A stretch of DNA of 64,000 nucleotides from an uncultured bacterium (GTDB taxonomy: Bacteria > Patescibacteriota > Minisyncoccia > Phycocordibacterales > UBA9973), in the NCBI GenBank assembly GCA_937903035.1, contig CALCZP010000004.1, forward strand, positions 181,506 to 245,505. Reading direction: 5' to 3'. A program made the position numbers and the translations under genes. Positions 38,401 to 47,199 of the stretch are shown here, piece after piece (position 1 is the first letter of the stretch; each line of letters opens with the position of its first letter). The notes below the pieces were generated by a model, which did not search any database, was not told the origin of the DNA, and worked only from the letters and a program-made list of their open reading frames with translations.

Positions 38401-38823
38401 GTAGCCAATACGATCGGTGAAATCTTCCCAGTCTTTAATATAGGTAAAGACGCTGTCCTTACATTCTTTGTTAAATTTTTCGATACCGTAGGCTTCGATG
38501 TCTTTTTTTGAAGCAAGTTCCAATTTCTTTTCGATCTGAAGCTCGACCGGAAGTCCGTGAGTATCCCATCCGGCACGGCGCGGTACATGGAAGCCCTGCA
38601 TGGTCTTGTAGCGAGGGATCACGTCCTTGAATGCACGTGCGAGCAAGTGATGAAGCGCTGGCTTTGCATTTGCTGTTGGCGGTCCTTCAAAAAAGACAAA
38701 CTCACCCTTGGTCGCAGGCTTCTCAAGTGTTTTTTTGAATATGTCATTATCGCGCCAAAAATCGAGCATTCGCTCTTCACGAAGTGCCGACTCGCTTTTC
38801 TGTTGGTTTGTTGATTCATTCAT
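35449..38823 (-). CDS. ileS: isoleucyl-tRNA synthetase type 2 with an inserted histidine phosphatase domain
   Basis: EGPPTAN..PALHH, GWDTHGLPVE, WTTTPWTLP.N, DWAISR.RYWGTP, WFDSG.MP, DQTRGWFY, KMSKS. No C-terminal Zn finger. RHGE...HG domain at about 36780-37335. Confidence 0.96.
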   Translation of the reverse strand: MNESTNQQKSESALREERMLDFWRDNDIFKKTLEKPATKGEFVFFEGPPTANAKPALHHLLARAFKDVIPRYKTMQGFHVPRRAGWDTHGLPVELQIEKKLELASKKDIEAYGIEKFNKECKDSVFTYIKDWEDFTDRIGYWVDKDKAYYTFNPRYMESLWNIVGKVNDQGLLYKDYRVSPWCARCGTTLATHELAQGYQDDKDLTVYAKFKAKVKDFENVYIVAWTTTPWTLPGNVALAVGANITYLWLKKENEILIVAEDKKDLVGDGYEEVRRDFGEDLADMQYEPLYPYLAAQITGTEKEKLTNAYKVYTADFVTTTDGSGIVHIAPMYGAEDFELGTKVGLPKFHTVNVEGKFIAGTDFLEGRFVKDEEVAVDIIKDLAHRGLLFKKEKYEHSYPHCWRCKTALIYYARDSWYIAMSKLRDTLVAENESINWEPSHIKEGRFGEWLDGIKDWAISRERYWGTPLPIWISEDTDRMVVDSIDMLKKYAKHNNNKYFVMRHGETEFNVAGNWNVNTATTNPLTTRGKEQAIQSATALADKQIDLIIASPFARTQETARIVAEKLGLAAEAIVTDARLGEWNVGSAFEGKPIESYFEMRNKAADRYGFKTVDGESYADVIKRAGEALYDIESRYQGKNILIVAHGASTRALELVARGISFDRLFEETRDYVNFSNAEVRPLHFVPLPHNAQFELDLHRPFIDDVVLVKDGKEYRRTKEVMDVWFDSGAMPFAQDHYPFDGEIAYPADFISEAIDQTRGWFYTLHAIGLLTGRGKAYKNVICLGHLLDAQGKKMSKSIGNIVNPWEQMEKYGVDTLRLWMYSVNQPGDSKNYDEKTVVELQRQVFGLLYNVLSFYDLYRDPNVEEVDPSGDNVLDAWITTRLDQLTSLMTESLDTYKLLEPVRALRDFIDDLSTWYVRRSRDRIKDGDVAAKATLYRVLKTVAQLMAPFAPFAAEDIWQKLKSLSNEESVHLSTWPAVMPVSDELLKDMATVREVCTQGNALRKKEGIAVRQPLQALYVKNWNLSDQYAAIVMQELNVKSVIAGEETKLDTTITLQLKLEGEYRELVRTVQDMRKDKGLAPSDIITLTLPFQYQSVVDSFGEELKKTVGATSVAIGGEAITLS

Positions 38824-38825
38824 AG

Positions 38826-39045
38826 GTATAAAAAATAAAAAGACACTCGCTCATGCACGACAACATTGTCATGCAAGGACGAGTGTCTTTTTCACTGCGT
38901 GGTACCACCTTGCTTTTCGCCGCACCGAAGTCCAAATGGACGAAGGTGGGCACTCATTACCGCTATAACGGGCATACCCGTTGGGATTTACTCTCTGTTC
39001 AGATTTCTCCCCAAAGCTCAGGAGTGATAGCTCCATCAACGCTTA
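38826..39045 (-). promoter_or_regulatory. T-box riboswitch (Ile, AUC specifier) with ultrashort stem I and an intrinsic terminator
   Basis: GGAG-CTATCA-CTCC stem I (AUC at 39026-39028) flanked by TGA motifs; stem II with GAAA/AGTA S-turn; CCGTTA; T-box AAGGTGGTACCACG (38898-38911); terminator 38837-38892 with U-tract. Confidence 0.88.
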
Positions 39046-39055
39046 TAAAAACACT

Positions 39056-41503
39056 TTAGCATAAAGCCTGTGCTGGTTCCAGTACATTGTTCTTTTTGGA
39101 ACGATAAAAAAAGTGCTTCACAATTTCAACTACGAGGAAGTAGCACAGCGTAATACCCACAAGTGAAAGTACGATTGTGAGCGGGATTGGTATGAAGCCA
39201 AATGTTGTACCGAGGAATGAGAGTGCGACACCCCACGCAACAGTAGTCGCAATAAGTGCTGAGAGTATCACCGCGAGATGTGGCTTGCGTGCCTTCCAGA
39301 TACTACGAGCAGATCGGATCAAAAAGATTACAAAAACTTGCGAGAGGAATGACTGGATAAACCATCCTGTTTGAAATCCAGAAGCCGAAAGATGAAATAC
39401 AGCAAACAGTACATAGAACGTTACGAAATCAAACACTGAACTAATGAGACCAAAAACAATCATGAAGCGTTTGATATGACCGATATTCCATGGCGTTGGA
39501 CGATCAAGAACTTCAGGATCGACATTGTCTGCCATAAGTCCCAGCTGTGATGTTTCGTAGAGTAAGTTATTCAACAGTATCTGTGCAGGCAACATCGGGA
39601 GAAATGGAAGCACGAGAGATGCAACCGTCATTGATATCATGTTGCCAAAGTTTGAGCTGATCGCCATTGAGATGTACTTCATCGTATTTGCAAATGTGCG
39701 ACGACCCTCTGCCACACCACTCACGAGCTGATCGAGGTCTTTTGTGAGAAGTACAATATCAGCACTTTCTTTTGCAACATCAGTCGCATTCTCTACTGAA
39801 ATACCGACATCGGCAGTCTTGAGTGCGGGTGCATCATTAATACCATCCCCCATATATCCGACGACATGTCCTCTGGACTGCAATGCTTTGATAATGCGAT
39901 TTTTCTGCACTGGCGTAACACGCGCAAATATCGTCGTCTCTTCTGCACGAACTGCGAGTTCAGTATCAGTGAGTGCGTCGACTTCAGCTGCATCCAATGT
40001 ACCGAGTGAGACAATACCGACATCACGGACGATTTTCTCAGCCACAAGCTTATGATCCCCTGTCACAATCTTGATTGCGATCGATTTGTGACACAGCTCA
40101 TCGAGCACTGCCTTGACCGATGGCTTTGGTGGATCAATAAATGCAATGAATCCTGAGAACATGAGACCTACCTCATCGTGCGTACTGTAGCTCTGCTGTG
40201 GTGTCTGAAAGATACGACGTGCTACCCCAATCACTCGATAACCTTCGGACGAGAGTGACTCAAAGAGTGCGAGTGCTTTGGCACGCTGCTCAGGTGCGAG
40301 TGTGCTTGCATCCATTACTCCCTCAGGTGCACCTTTGGTGATAAGCATATCAGTGCCATTGGGCAAACTTACAATCAGACTGTCACGACGTCGCTCAAAG
40401 TCAAATGGTATTTCATCACGCTTTTTATAGTGTGTAATCGGAAATGCTTGAAACTGCACGATCGCCTCATCAAGTGGCGTGCGCACTCCACCGCGCATAC
40501 TTGACGTTAGGTAGGCAGACTCAATCACTTCTTCGGATCGATGTGCATCAATGTTCACATACTTCACAACACTGATCTTGTCTTCGGTGAGCGTCCCTGT
40601 TTTGTCAGTACACAAAATATCCATTGAACCAAAGTTCTCGATTGCAGAGAGCTTTTTCACAATCACTCCTTTCTTCGACATACGAATCGATGCCCATGAA
40701 AGATTGACCGCAATAATCATTGGCAACAGCTCTGGGGTAATACCCACTGCAAGCGCAAGCGAAAACGTGAGCGACGACACGATGTCATGTTTAAAGACGA
40801 CATTTACAATAAAGATACAGATGGTGAGTACGAGTACAATGCGAGTGATGAGCAAACTGAATGATTTGATACCGGCCTCAAACTCACTTGCTGTTTCTTT
40901 GACCGAAAGGAGTGACACAATATCAGCAAATTTTGTATGACGACCGGTTGCAGTCACTTGGAGCAGTCCGTCTCCACTCACGACCCCACTTCCCATGTAC
41001 ACTGTCATTTCAGTTGGCTTTTCAACAGGGAGTGACTCACCGGTAAGAGATGACTCGTTTACAAAGAGCTGACATGATCTCACCATTATCCCATCTGCCG
41101 GGACAACATTCCCTGCTGCAAGCATAACAATATCCCCAAGTACCACATCCTGACTTTCAATCAGTACCTCTCTACCATCACGAATAACACGGACTTTTGG
41201 TGATACTCGTTTTGCTAATGTCTCTGCTGCTTTTTGTGATTTGTACGAAACAGCAAAATCAAGCACCGCACTGATGATGACGATTGTAATAATCAACACA
41301 CCACTGATAGTTGCCCCCGTCACAAGCGCAATACCTGCTGCGACCAGGAGTATGATCATGAGCGGACTTTTGAACTCTTGGAGAAATGTCGCAAATGCAG
41401 ACTGCTGCTCACGTGCAACCAGGGTGTTTTTGCCGTAGCGAACCTGAAGCCCCTCTACTTGAGATTGACTGATACCGGTGAACCCTGCGCCAGTCACCTC
41501 CAT
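39056..41503 (-). CDS. mgtA: Mg2+-transporting P-type ATPase
   Basis: LTGES, PELLPMI, DKTGTLT, KGAPE, TGD, GDGINDAP, SSNFGN, QILLNNLLY. Confidence 0.9.
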   Translation of the reverse strand: MEVTGAGFTGISQSQVEGLQVRYGKNTLVAREQQSAFATFLQEFKSPLMIILLVAAGIALVTGATISGVLIITIVIISAVLDFAVSYKSQKAAETLAKRVSPKVRVIRDGREVLIESQDVVLGDIVMLAAGNVVPADGIMVRSCQLFVNESSLTGESLPVEKPTEMTVYMGSGVVSGDGLLQVTATGRHTKFADIVSLLSVKETASEFEAGIKSFSLLITRIVLVLTICIFIVNVVFKHDIVSSLTFSLALAVGITPELLPMIIAVNLSWASIRMSKKGVIVKKLSAIENFGSMDILCTDKTGTLTEDKISVVKYVNIDAHRSEEVIESAYLTSSMRGGVRTPLDEAIVQFQAFPITHYKKRDEIPFDFERRRDSLIVSLPNGTDMLITKGAPEGVMDASTLAPEQRAKALALFESLSSEGYRVIGVARRIFQTPQQSYSTHDEVGLMFSGFIAFIDPPKPSVKAVLDELCHKSIAIKIVTGDHKLVAEKIVRDVGIVSLGTLDAAEVDALTDTELAVRAEETTIFARVTPVQKNRIIKALQSRGHVVGYMGDGINDAPALKTADVGISVENATDVAKESADIVLLTKDLDQLVSGVAEGRRTFANTMKYISMAISSNFGNMISMTVASLVLPFLPMLPAQILLNNLLYETSQLGLMADNVDPEVLDRPTPWNIGHIKRFMIVFGLISSVFDFVTFYVLFAVFHLSASGFQTGWFIQSFLSQVFVIFLIRSARSIWKARKPHLAVILSALIATTVAWGVALSFLGTTFGFIPIPLTIVLSLVGITLCYFLVVEIVKHFFYRSKKNNVLEPAQALC

Positions 41504-41504
41504 A

Positions 41505-42152
41505 TTAGATATGAGGATTAGCCTCCTTGAGCGCTTGCTTATTTGCCTCAACCATCGCAATAAGCTTTTGTACGAGACGTTTTGGATCTTCATCAAAAAT
41601 CACATGTGGTGCAGGACGATTACCATTTTTGATCAGTGTACGAAAGTCATTTGCGGTCGCCCATGGCCCATCCAGAATACCAATTGGCTTGGTATCTTCA
41701 AATGCAATTGTAAACTCATGGATTGTCCCAATACGTCCACATCCAATCAAGAGTGCGTCACATGAACGAGTAAACAAAAGGTCGCGCCCCGGAAAACCAA
41801 AGCCGGTATAGATGATGAGATCCATGTAGTCGATCGGTAATCTCCAGTTCTCAACGTGATCCTTTTCATCAGTTGCTGGCGAAAGTCCGATAGAGACACC
41901 ACGCTCTTCTTTTGCACCCATCGCTGACCAGAGTGGAAAGCCTGTTGTCGCACCGGTGATGATGATACCTCCTTGACGTACGATCTCACGACCGAGCTCC
42001 TGCGCTTTCTCAAGTGCATGAAGTCCGCAGTGACTGGTCTCTGCTGCACCACTCACACCAATTTTGATTTTCAGATGCGCATGCTTCTCATTATTATCGA
42101 GCGGCCCGTTGTAACAGACATATTTATCAGTTGGTTGTACTGGTTCGTTCAT
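41505..42152 (-). CDS. LOG/SLOG superfamily protein
   Basis: KIGVSG, LG..I...G..IITG, G.SIGLSP, TGFG...R......SCD......G..GT.HE. Confidence 0.8.
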   Translation of the reverse strand: MNEPVQPTDKYVCYNGPLDNNEKHAHLKIKIGVSGAAETSHCGLHALEKAQELGREIVRQGGIIITGATTGFPLWSAMGAKEERGVSIGLSPATDEKDHVENWRLPIDYMDLIIYTGFGFPGRDLLFTRSCDALLIGCGRIGTIHEFTIAFEDTKPIGILDGPWATANDFRTLIKNGNRPAPHVIFDEDPKRLVQKLIAMVEANKQALKEANPHI

Positions 42153-42183
42153 AAATAAGAACTATAAAAAATTATCGAGACTA

Positions 42184-43551
42184 TTAACACTCCAATTCTA
42201 CCACATCGCCTTTCTCAGGAGCGACAGCACTGACACCTAGATAGTCACGCAGACGTTGCGTGAGATAGAGCGATGACTTTGGCTCGCCCATCACGACAAA
42301 TGCTTTCTTGAGATTGTCCGCAATATCACCCACAAATTCAATCAAATGATCGGAGTCTTTGTGACCTGAATATCCATCAATAAACACGATGCGTGCTCGC
42401 ACTGGCACCGTCTGGCCATTAATACGGACTTCTTTCATACCATCTTGGATCAAGCGGCCAAGTGTGCCTTGCGACTGATAGCCGGTGAGGAGCAGAATAT
42501 TGTTAGGGTCAGGGAGATAGTGCGCTTCATGATGCAAAATACGCCCACCGTTGCTCATACCACTTCCTGCAATCACAATCTTTGGATTTGGTGCACGAAC
42601 GATCTGTTTAGACTCTTCAGTGAGAAGGGTTGACTTGAGCCCTGGAAAACTAAAAATATCATCCCCTTCTTTGATTTGTGACTGTGCAAAGTCATTAAAG
42701 TATTTTGAGTACTTGTGATAAACGGACGTGAGTTTGATCGCAAGGGGTGAGTCAAGAAAGATCGGCATCTGAGGTACACGATCATGTTCTACCAACTGAT
42801 CAATCTCAAACAATAGCTCCTGTGCACGCTCGAGTGAAAATGTTGGAATAATGAGCGCCCCCTTTCGTTTGAAGTTATCCTCAATCGTTGCTTCGAGTCG
42901 TGCACGACGTTCTTCACGCGCAATGTGATTGCGATCACCATAGACACTTTCCATAATGAGGTAGTCGACGTTCGCGAGCTTCTCCGTATCACGTAACAAT
43001 GGCGATGGACTGTTGCCAAGATCTCCGGTAAACACAATTTTTTTGTTGTTGTAGATCACCTCAAGCATACCAGATCCAAGGATATGCCCTGAGTCTCGAT
43101 AGCGGAATACAAAATCCCCGATTCTGAAGTCCTGATGATAGTCAACGACTTTCCAATTTGAAAACACTTTTTTGAGGACACTGGGTGCATAGATCTTGGA
43201 CAGGAGCTCATTCTCCGACTTTGACATGATATTCGCAGTGTCATCAAGCATGAGCTCGGTGATATCCTTGGTTGGTATGGTTGAATAAATCTCGCCTTCA
43301 AATCCTTCGTACACGAGCTTTGGAATGAGCCCGATATGATCGATGTGTGCATGGGTGATAAAGAGTGCATCGATCGACTTCACATCATACGGAAACGGCT
43401 GCCAGTTGTTCTCATCAGCCATTTTAGTCCCCTGCTCCATACCGCAGTCCACCAAAAAATGTTTATCATCTCCTTCAAATAAAAAGTTGGCACCGGTTAC
43501 ACTTCCAGTACCGCCAACGAACGTGAGTTTGAGTTTTTTTGATTGCATCAC
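42184..43551 (-). CDS. metallo-beta-lactamase / beta-CASP ribonuclease
   Basis: VDCG, THAHIDHIG, GHILGS, FTGDLG, MESVYG.R.H, SGMS.GGRI.HH, YSGHKD. Confidence 0.92.
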   Translation of the reverse strand: MMQSKKLKLTFVGGTGSVTGANFLFEGDDKHFLVDCGMEQGTKMADENNWQPFPYDVKSIDALFITHAHIDHIGLIPKLVYEGFEGEIYSTIPTKDITELMLDDTANIMSKSENELLSKIYAPSVLKKVFSNWKVVDYHQDFRIGDFVFRYRDSGHILGSGMLEVIYNNKKIVFTGDLGNSPSPLLRDTEKLANVDYLIMESVYGDRNHIAREERRARLEATIEDNFKRKGALIIPTFSLERAQELLFEIDQLVEHDRVPQMPIFLDSPLAIKLTSVYHKYSKYFNDFAQSQIKEGDDIFSFPGLKSTLLTEESKQIVRAPNPKIVIAGSGMSNGGRILHHEAHYLPDPNNILLLTGYQSQGTLGRLIQDGMKEVRINGQTVPVRARIVFIDGYSGHKDSDHLIEFVGDIADNLKKAFVVMGEPKSSLYLTQRLRDYLGVSAVAPEKGDVVELEC

Positions 43552-43946
43552 TTTACAGTGTAGCGCTTCTTGGCACGAAGTACAAAAATACTGCCGAGTA
43601 TACCACCCACCATATCGCAGATGAGATCAGATATCGAGTCATCAATGTCTGCAAATGGCACCGGCTTGGTCAGCCACTGCACGATATACTCATACCATTC
43701 CCACAATAGTCCAATAACAAACACTGCGAGCAGTACAATAACGATCGTATTCCACCAGCCGAGGCTTTTGATCTCTCGGTGTGCCAACCCTCCTATGAAA
43801 AGCGCCAGAAATATTCCACCAGCCGCATGCATGATCATATCGAAATACCATATCGATGAGTACCAATAAAACTGGTATGCCAAAAGATTCACAACAAAGA
43901 TTACTGCTACCAGCATGAGCGCTTTTTTGAGAAGTGATCGACGCAT
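43548..43946 (-). CDS. small 4-TM membrane protein
   Basis: FD..MH..GG, LWE.YEY, DS.SDL.CD..G motifs (DUF2238/VanZ-like). Confidence 0.65.
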   Translation of the reverse strand: MRRSLLKKALMLVAVIFVVNLLAYQFYWYSSIWYFDMIMHAAGGIFLALFIGGLAHREIKSLGWWNTIVIVLLAVFVIGLLWEWYEYIVQWLTKPVPFADIDDSISDLICDMVGGILGSIFVLRAKKRYTVK

Positions 43947-43977
43947 ATATCTGCATTATCGCAGATAATTCCAAATA

Positions 43978-44009
43978 GAACATACCCCTCTCGTGGAGGG
44001 GTATGTTCT
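43978..44009 (-). terminator. terminator directly after the 6S-like RNA
   Basis: AGAACATACCCCTC-TCGTG-GAGGGGTATGTTCT. Confidence 0.8.
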
Positions 44010-44157
44010 TACGGCTATTTAGATCATAGTGCCTTAGCGTTAAAGCTAAGTGGGGCACGCGGTACTAGGAGATATCTCATAAAAAATTCGATATCGCATA
44101 GTACACAACGGTTCCCCGTACAAATCTTGTTCTAGGCACTATGAACAAATAGCCGTA
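44010..44157 (-). ncRNA. ssrS: 6S RNA-like ncRNA
   Basis: 148-nt rod with an 11-bp closing stem, a 10-bp stem, a central bubble with a 3' hairpin and apical stems. Promoter TTGAAA-N16-TATACT (44163-44190) upstream and terminator downstream. Confidence 0.7.
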
Positions 44158-44234
44158 CTTGCAGTATAGTCCCCTGTTGTATCTTTTCAAGATAGACAGC
44201 GAGAAAAAATACTGTCGAACGAGTGTGCTCTCTG

Positions 44235-44720
44235 TTATACCATCAAATCATCAGAGAAAATGAAGTGGGTGTCAACCTTATCATAGTCCACAATTTCATC
44301 TTCTTTGAAAAATCGCTTGATCTCAGCCACACCATTTTCTACTGAGTCTGATGCATGCACGATATTTGACTGCATTGAGAGTGCATAATCACCACGAATA
44401 GTACCCGCAGCGGCTTCAAAGCTCTTGGTCGGACCAACAATGATACGAATACTATCGATCGCTTTGAGACCTGCGACCGCCATCACCACCACCGGTGCTG
44501 ACATCATAAACTTTTGGATGCGAGGAAAGAATGGTTTGTCAGCAATATGTGCATAATGCTCCTTGAGCACAGCTTCTTCAAGCTGCATCATCTTCATTCC
44601 AACAACCTTGAGACCCTTGCGTTCAAAACGAGTAATGATTTCCCCTACCAATGAACGTTGGATTGCGTCAGGCTTAATAATGATCAGTGACCGCTCTTCA
44701 GTTTCGTGAATTTTTTTCAT
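44235..44720 (-). CDS. ndk: nucleoside-diphosphate kinase
   Basis: ERSLIIIKPDA.QR..VGEII.RFE, HYAH...KPFF, GTIRGD, NIVHASDS. Confidence 0.97.
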   Translation of the reverse strand: MKKIHETEERSLIIIKPDAIQRSLVGEIITRFERKGLKVVGMKMMQLEEAVLKEHYAHIADKPFFPRIQKFMMSAPVVVMAVAGLKAIDSIRIIVGPTKSFEAAAGTIRGDYALSMQSNIVHASDSVENGVAEIKRFFKEDEIVDYDKVDTHFIFSDDLMV

Positions 44721-44759
44721 ATGGAGATGACTATACCGCGCCAGGAAATGAAGCGCAAA

Positions 44760-46430
44760 TTACATCTTTTCAGGTACTGTACTACCAAGCAGTGCGAGAC
44801 CTTTTGTCATCGTCCTATAAAGTGCATGCGTAATACCAAGTCGATACGCAGATGCTTCAGTATTGTCATCAATAATCTTCTGCTGCCCATAGTAGCTATT
44901 GAATGCCTGTGCGAGCTCCATAAGATAGGTCACCAGGTAATGCGGTGTCCATTCAGTCTGACAGCGAATCACGATATCCGGGAAACGTGCAATCATACGC
45001 TCAAGGATTTCAGTACCCACGATCGGTTTTTGCATACTTGGAGCAATACCTGCTTCTTCACCTTTCTTCACAAGCGACATCGCGCGCACTGCGGTGTATT
45101 GGAGATAGGGACCACTATCCCCTTCAAATGACAATGATGTTTCAGGATCAAAGTTGATATCCTTGCCTGGCATTGCGCGCAAGATTACCAGCCTGATCGC
45201 AGCAATACCAATCATCTCTGCTGACTCCGGAGTGATATCAGCATTCTTTTCTTTTACTTCCTCAACAACGGTTGCAAGCACATCCTCTGCAAGCGGTACC
45301 CCACCAAGTCGTGATGACATTTTTTGACCCTTGAAGCTCATGCGACCGTGATACCGATGGAGACTATGTTGCTTCCAGAGAGGATTGATATGCATCGCTG
45401 CATCCAGAACGACGTTGAAGTGCGACACCTGTTGCGCATCGGTAATAAAAATAGAGAGATCAGGATTGTGTTTTGCAAATTTGAGTTCAAGTAGTCCGAG
45501 GTCTTTTGCTTCATACGTCGGATTGCCTTTGCTGTTGATAAAGACTGCAGTATGAAGCTTTTGGGACTCGTCCGGTGTGTACACAATCGCCCCTTCACTC
45601 TCGGTAAAGACTTTTGGTGTATGTGCAAGCACGAGCTTCTTGCCATCAACTCCTGCTTCACTTTCATAGATATAAGAGTCAAAGTGTGAGCCGAGTCGTG
45701 CGACGATTGTTTCAAAGTACGCGATATTGAATTCTTTGCAGCGCTCATAGAGTGACCATTCTGGTGATGATGTTTGTGCATAGAGGTTGTCAGCAATTTC
45801 CTTTACTCGCGTCTGCACTGATTCATCATCCTCGTATCGCTTTGTCCCCTCAACATATGCATCACCGAGTATTGAAACCTGCTCTGGTGCAAAGTCTGCA
45901 CCGTATTTCTCAAGGAGTATAAACACCGCCTTTGCCACACCAAGTGACACATCAGATGGAAATGACATCGTAGACACATCAGCGCCAGAAGCTTTGGCAA
46001 GACGAGTGATCGACTCCCCTACAGTGTTGTTCATGAGGTGTCCAATATGAAATGGCTTAAAAAGATTTGGAGATGAATGCTCCACGAGAATTTTCTTGCC
46101 TTCATACACGGTTGTCTGCCCCCATGAGTCTTTATTCACATCCGCAAGAATATCGAGGATCACCGAGCGATCAAGTTCAAAGTTGATGAAGCCGGGCGCC
46201 GCAACACTCACTGATGCGATGCGACTATCTGCGGACTGGAGTACCTGCATGAGCTCAGTCGCGATCTCGGTCGGATTTTTGCCGAGCTGCTTTGAGGCGA
46301 TCAGCGCAACATTAGTCGCATAGTCACCATGCGAGAGATCCTTGGGACGCTCGAGACTAAACGCCACATCAGCTATGCCAAACTTCGCCTGAAGCACGTC
46401 TGCAATGAGTGTTCGGATGGTGGATTCCAT
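44760..46430 (-). CDS. argS: arginyl-tRNA synthetase
   Basis: HGDYATN.A, PGFINF, EHSSPN..KPFHIGH, KMSSR.G, GPYLQY, FNSYY. Confidence 0.97.
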   Translation of the reverse strand: MESTIRTLIADVLQAKFGIADVAFSLERPKDLSHGDYATNVALIASKQLGKNPTEIATELMQVLQSADSRIASVSVAAPGFINFELDRSVILDILADVNKDSWGQTTVYEGKKILVEHSSPNLFKPFHIGHLMNNTVGESITRLAKASGADVSTMSFPSDVSLGVAKAVFILLEKYGADFAPEQVSILGDAYVEGTKRYEDDESVQTRVKEIADNLYAQTSSPEWSLYERCKEFNIAYFETIVARLGSHFDSYIYESEAGVDGKKLVLAHTPKVFTESEGAIVYTPDESQKLHTAVFINSKGNPTYEAKDLGLLELKFAKHNPDLSIFITDAQQVSHFNVVLDAAMHINPLWKQHSLHRYHGRMSFKGQKMSSRLGGVPLAEDVLATVVEEVKEKNADITPESAEMIGIAAIRLVILRAMPGKDINFDPETSLSFEGDSGPYLQYTAVRAMSLVKKGEEAGIAPSMQKPIVGTEILERMIARFPDIVIRCQTEWTPHYLVTYLMELAQAFNSYYGQQKIIDDNTEASAYRLGITHALYRTMTKGLALLGSTVPEKM

Positions 46431-46512
46431 ATGGTGATTCTAGCAGAAAACGCCTAAATCGCGAGCGTTGACTTTCCCCCACTTTGGAGTACTCTACTGA
46501 AAAACTACAACT

Positions 46513-47094
46513 ATGAACCAAGAAAAATCAAATAAGCAGTACGATACAATCATCGCTGACTGCAAAAAAGAATTCATTAAAAAAAACAAAAAATACGGAA
46601 ACAGTCTCGATAGCTATGACGCAATGGGTGTCCTTTCAAAAGTTTTTATCAAGCTGTATCGCATTGCCTCAATCCAGGAAGCTGGAGAATATAAAGTTGA
46701 AGGCGAACCTATTGAGAAAGAACTTCCCGGCATTATCAACTATTGTTTGTTTGGCATCACTGTCGCAAACCAAATAGCAAGCGGAATAAGAGTATGTTAT
46801 AGCAGCGATGCACTCTTTCAAGAGTATGACCAAGCAGCAGCATCTACGAGAAATTTATTTCAAAAGAAAAATCATGATTATGGTGAAGCATGGCGACAGC
46901 TCTCAATAAGCTATATGACACAGGAATGCCTGGTAAAGTATAATCGCATGCTTACGATGTACGCCGGATTAAAATTCAAGCCTGAGAATCGACAAGAACT
47001 TCAAAAAGAATTCATCGAAGTGTTCTCTGACATTTGCAACTACTGTATTTTTTGTTGTATTCGTATTTCAGAAGGCGCAAACGCTATGGTGTAG
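46513..47094 (+). CDS. tandem DUF1599 (nucleotide modification associated domain 1) protein
   Basis: Two repeats: F.KKN.KYG...K..RI...GIINY and F.KKNHDYGEAWR...K..R...DICNY. Confidence 0.75.
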   Translation: MNQEKSNKQYDTIIADCKKEFIKKNKKYGNSLDSYDAMGVLSKVFIKLYRIASIQEAGEYKVEGEPIEKELPGIINYCLFGITVANQIASGIRVCYSSDALFQEYDQAAASTRNLFQKKNHDYGEAWRQLSISYMTQECLVKYNRMLTMYAGLKFKPENRQELQKEFIEVFSDICNYCIFCCIRISEGANAMV

Positions 47095-47097
47095 CAC

Positions 47098-47128
47098 AAA
47101 TTCCCGACCAGAGATTGGTCGGGAATTT
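47098..47128 (+). terminator. intrinsic terminator
   Basis: AAATTCCCGACCA-GAGAT-TGGTCGGGAATTT, followed immediately by TTGACT of the next promoter. Confidence 0.8.
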
Positions 47129-47199
47129 TTATTTGACTTCCTTACTATTTAAGGTAATGTAAGCTCAAACAACATTTCGTCATTTAAAAACAACTCAAT

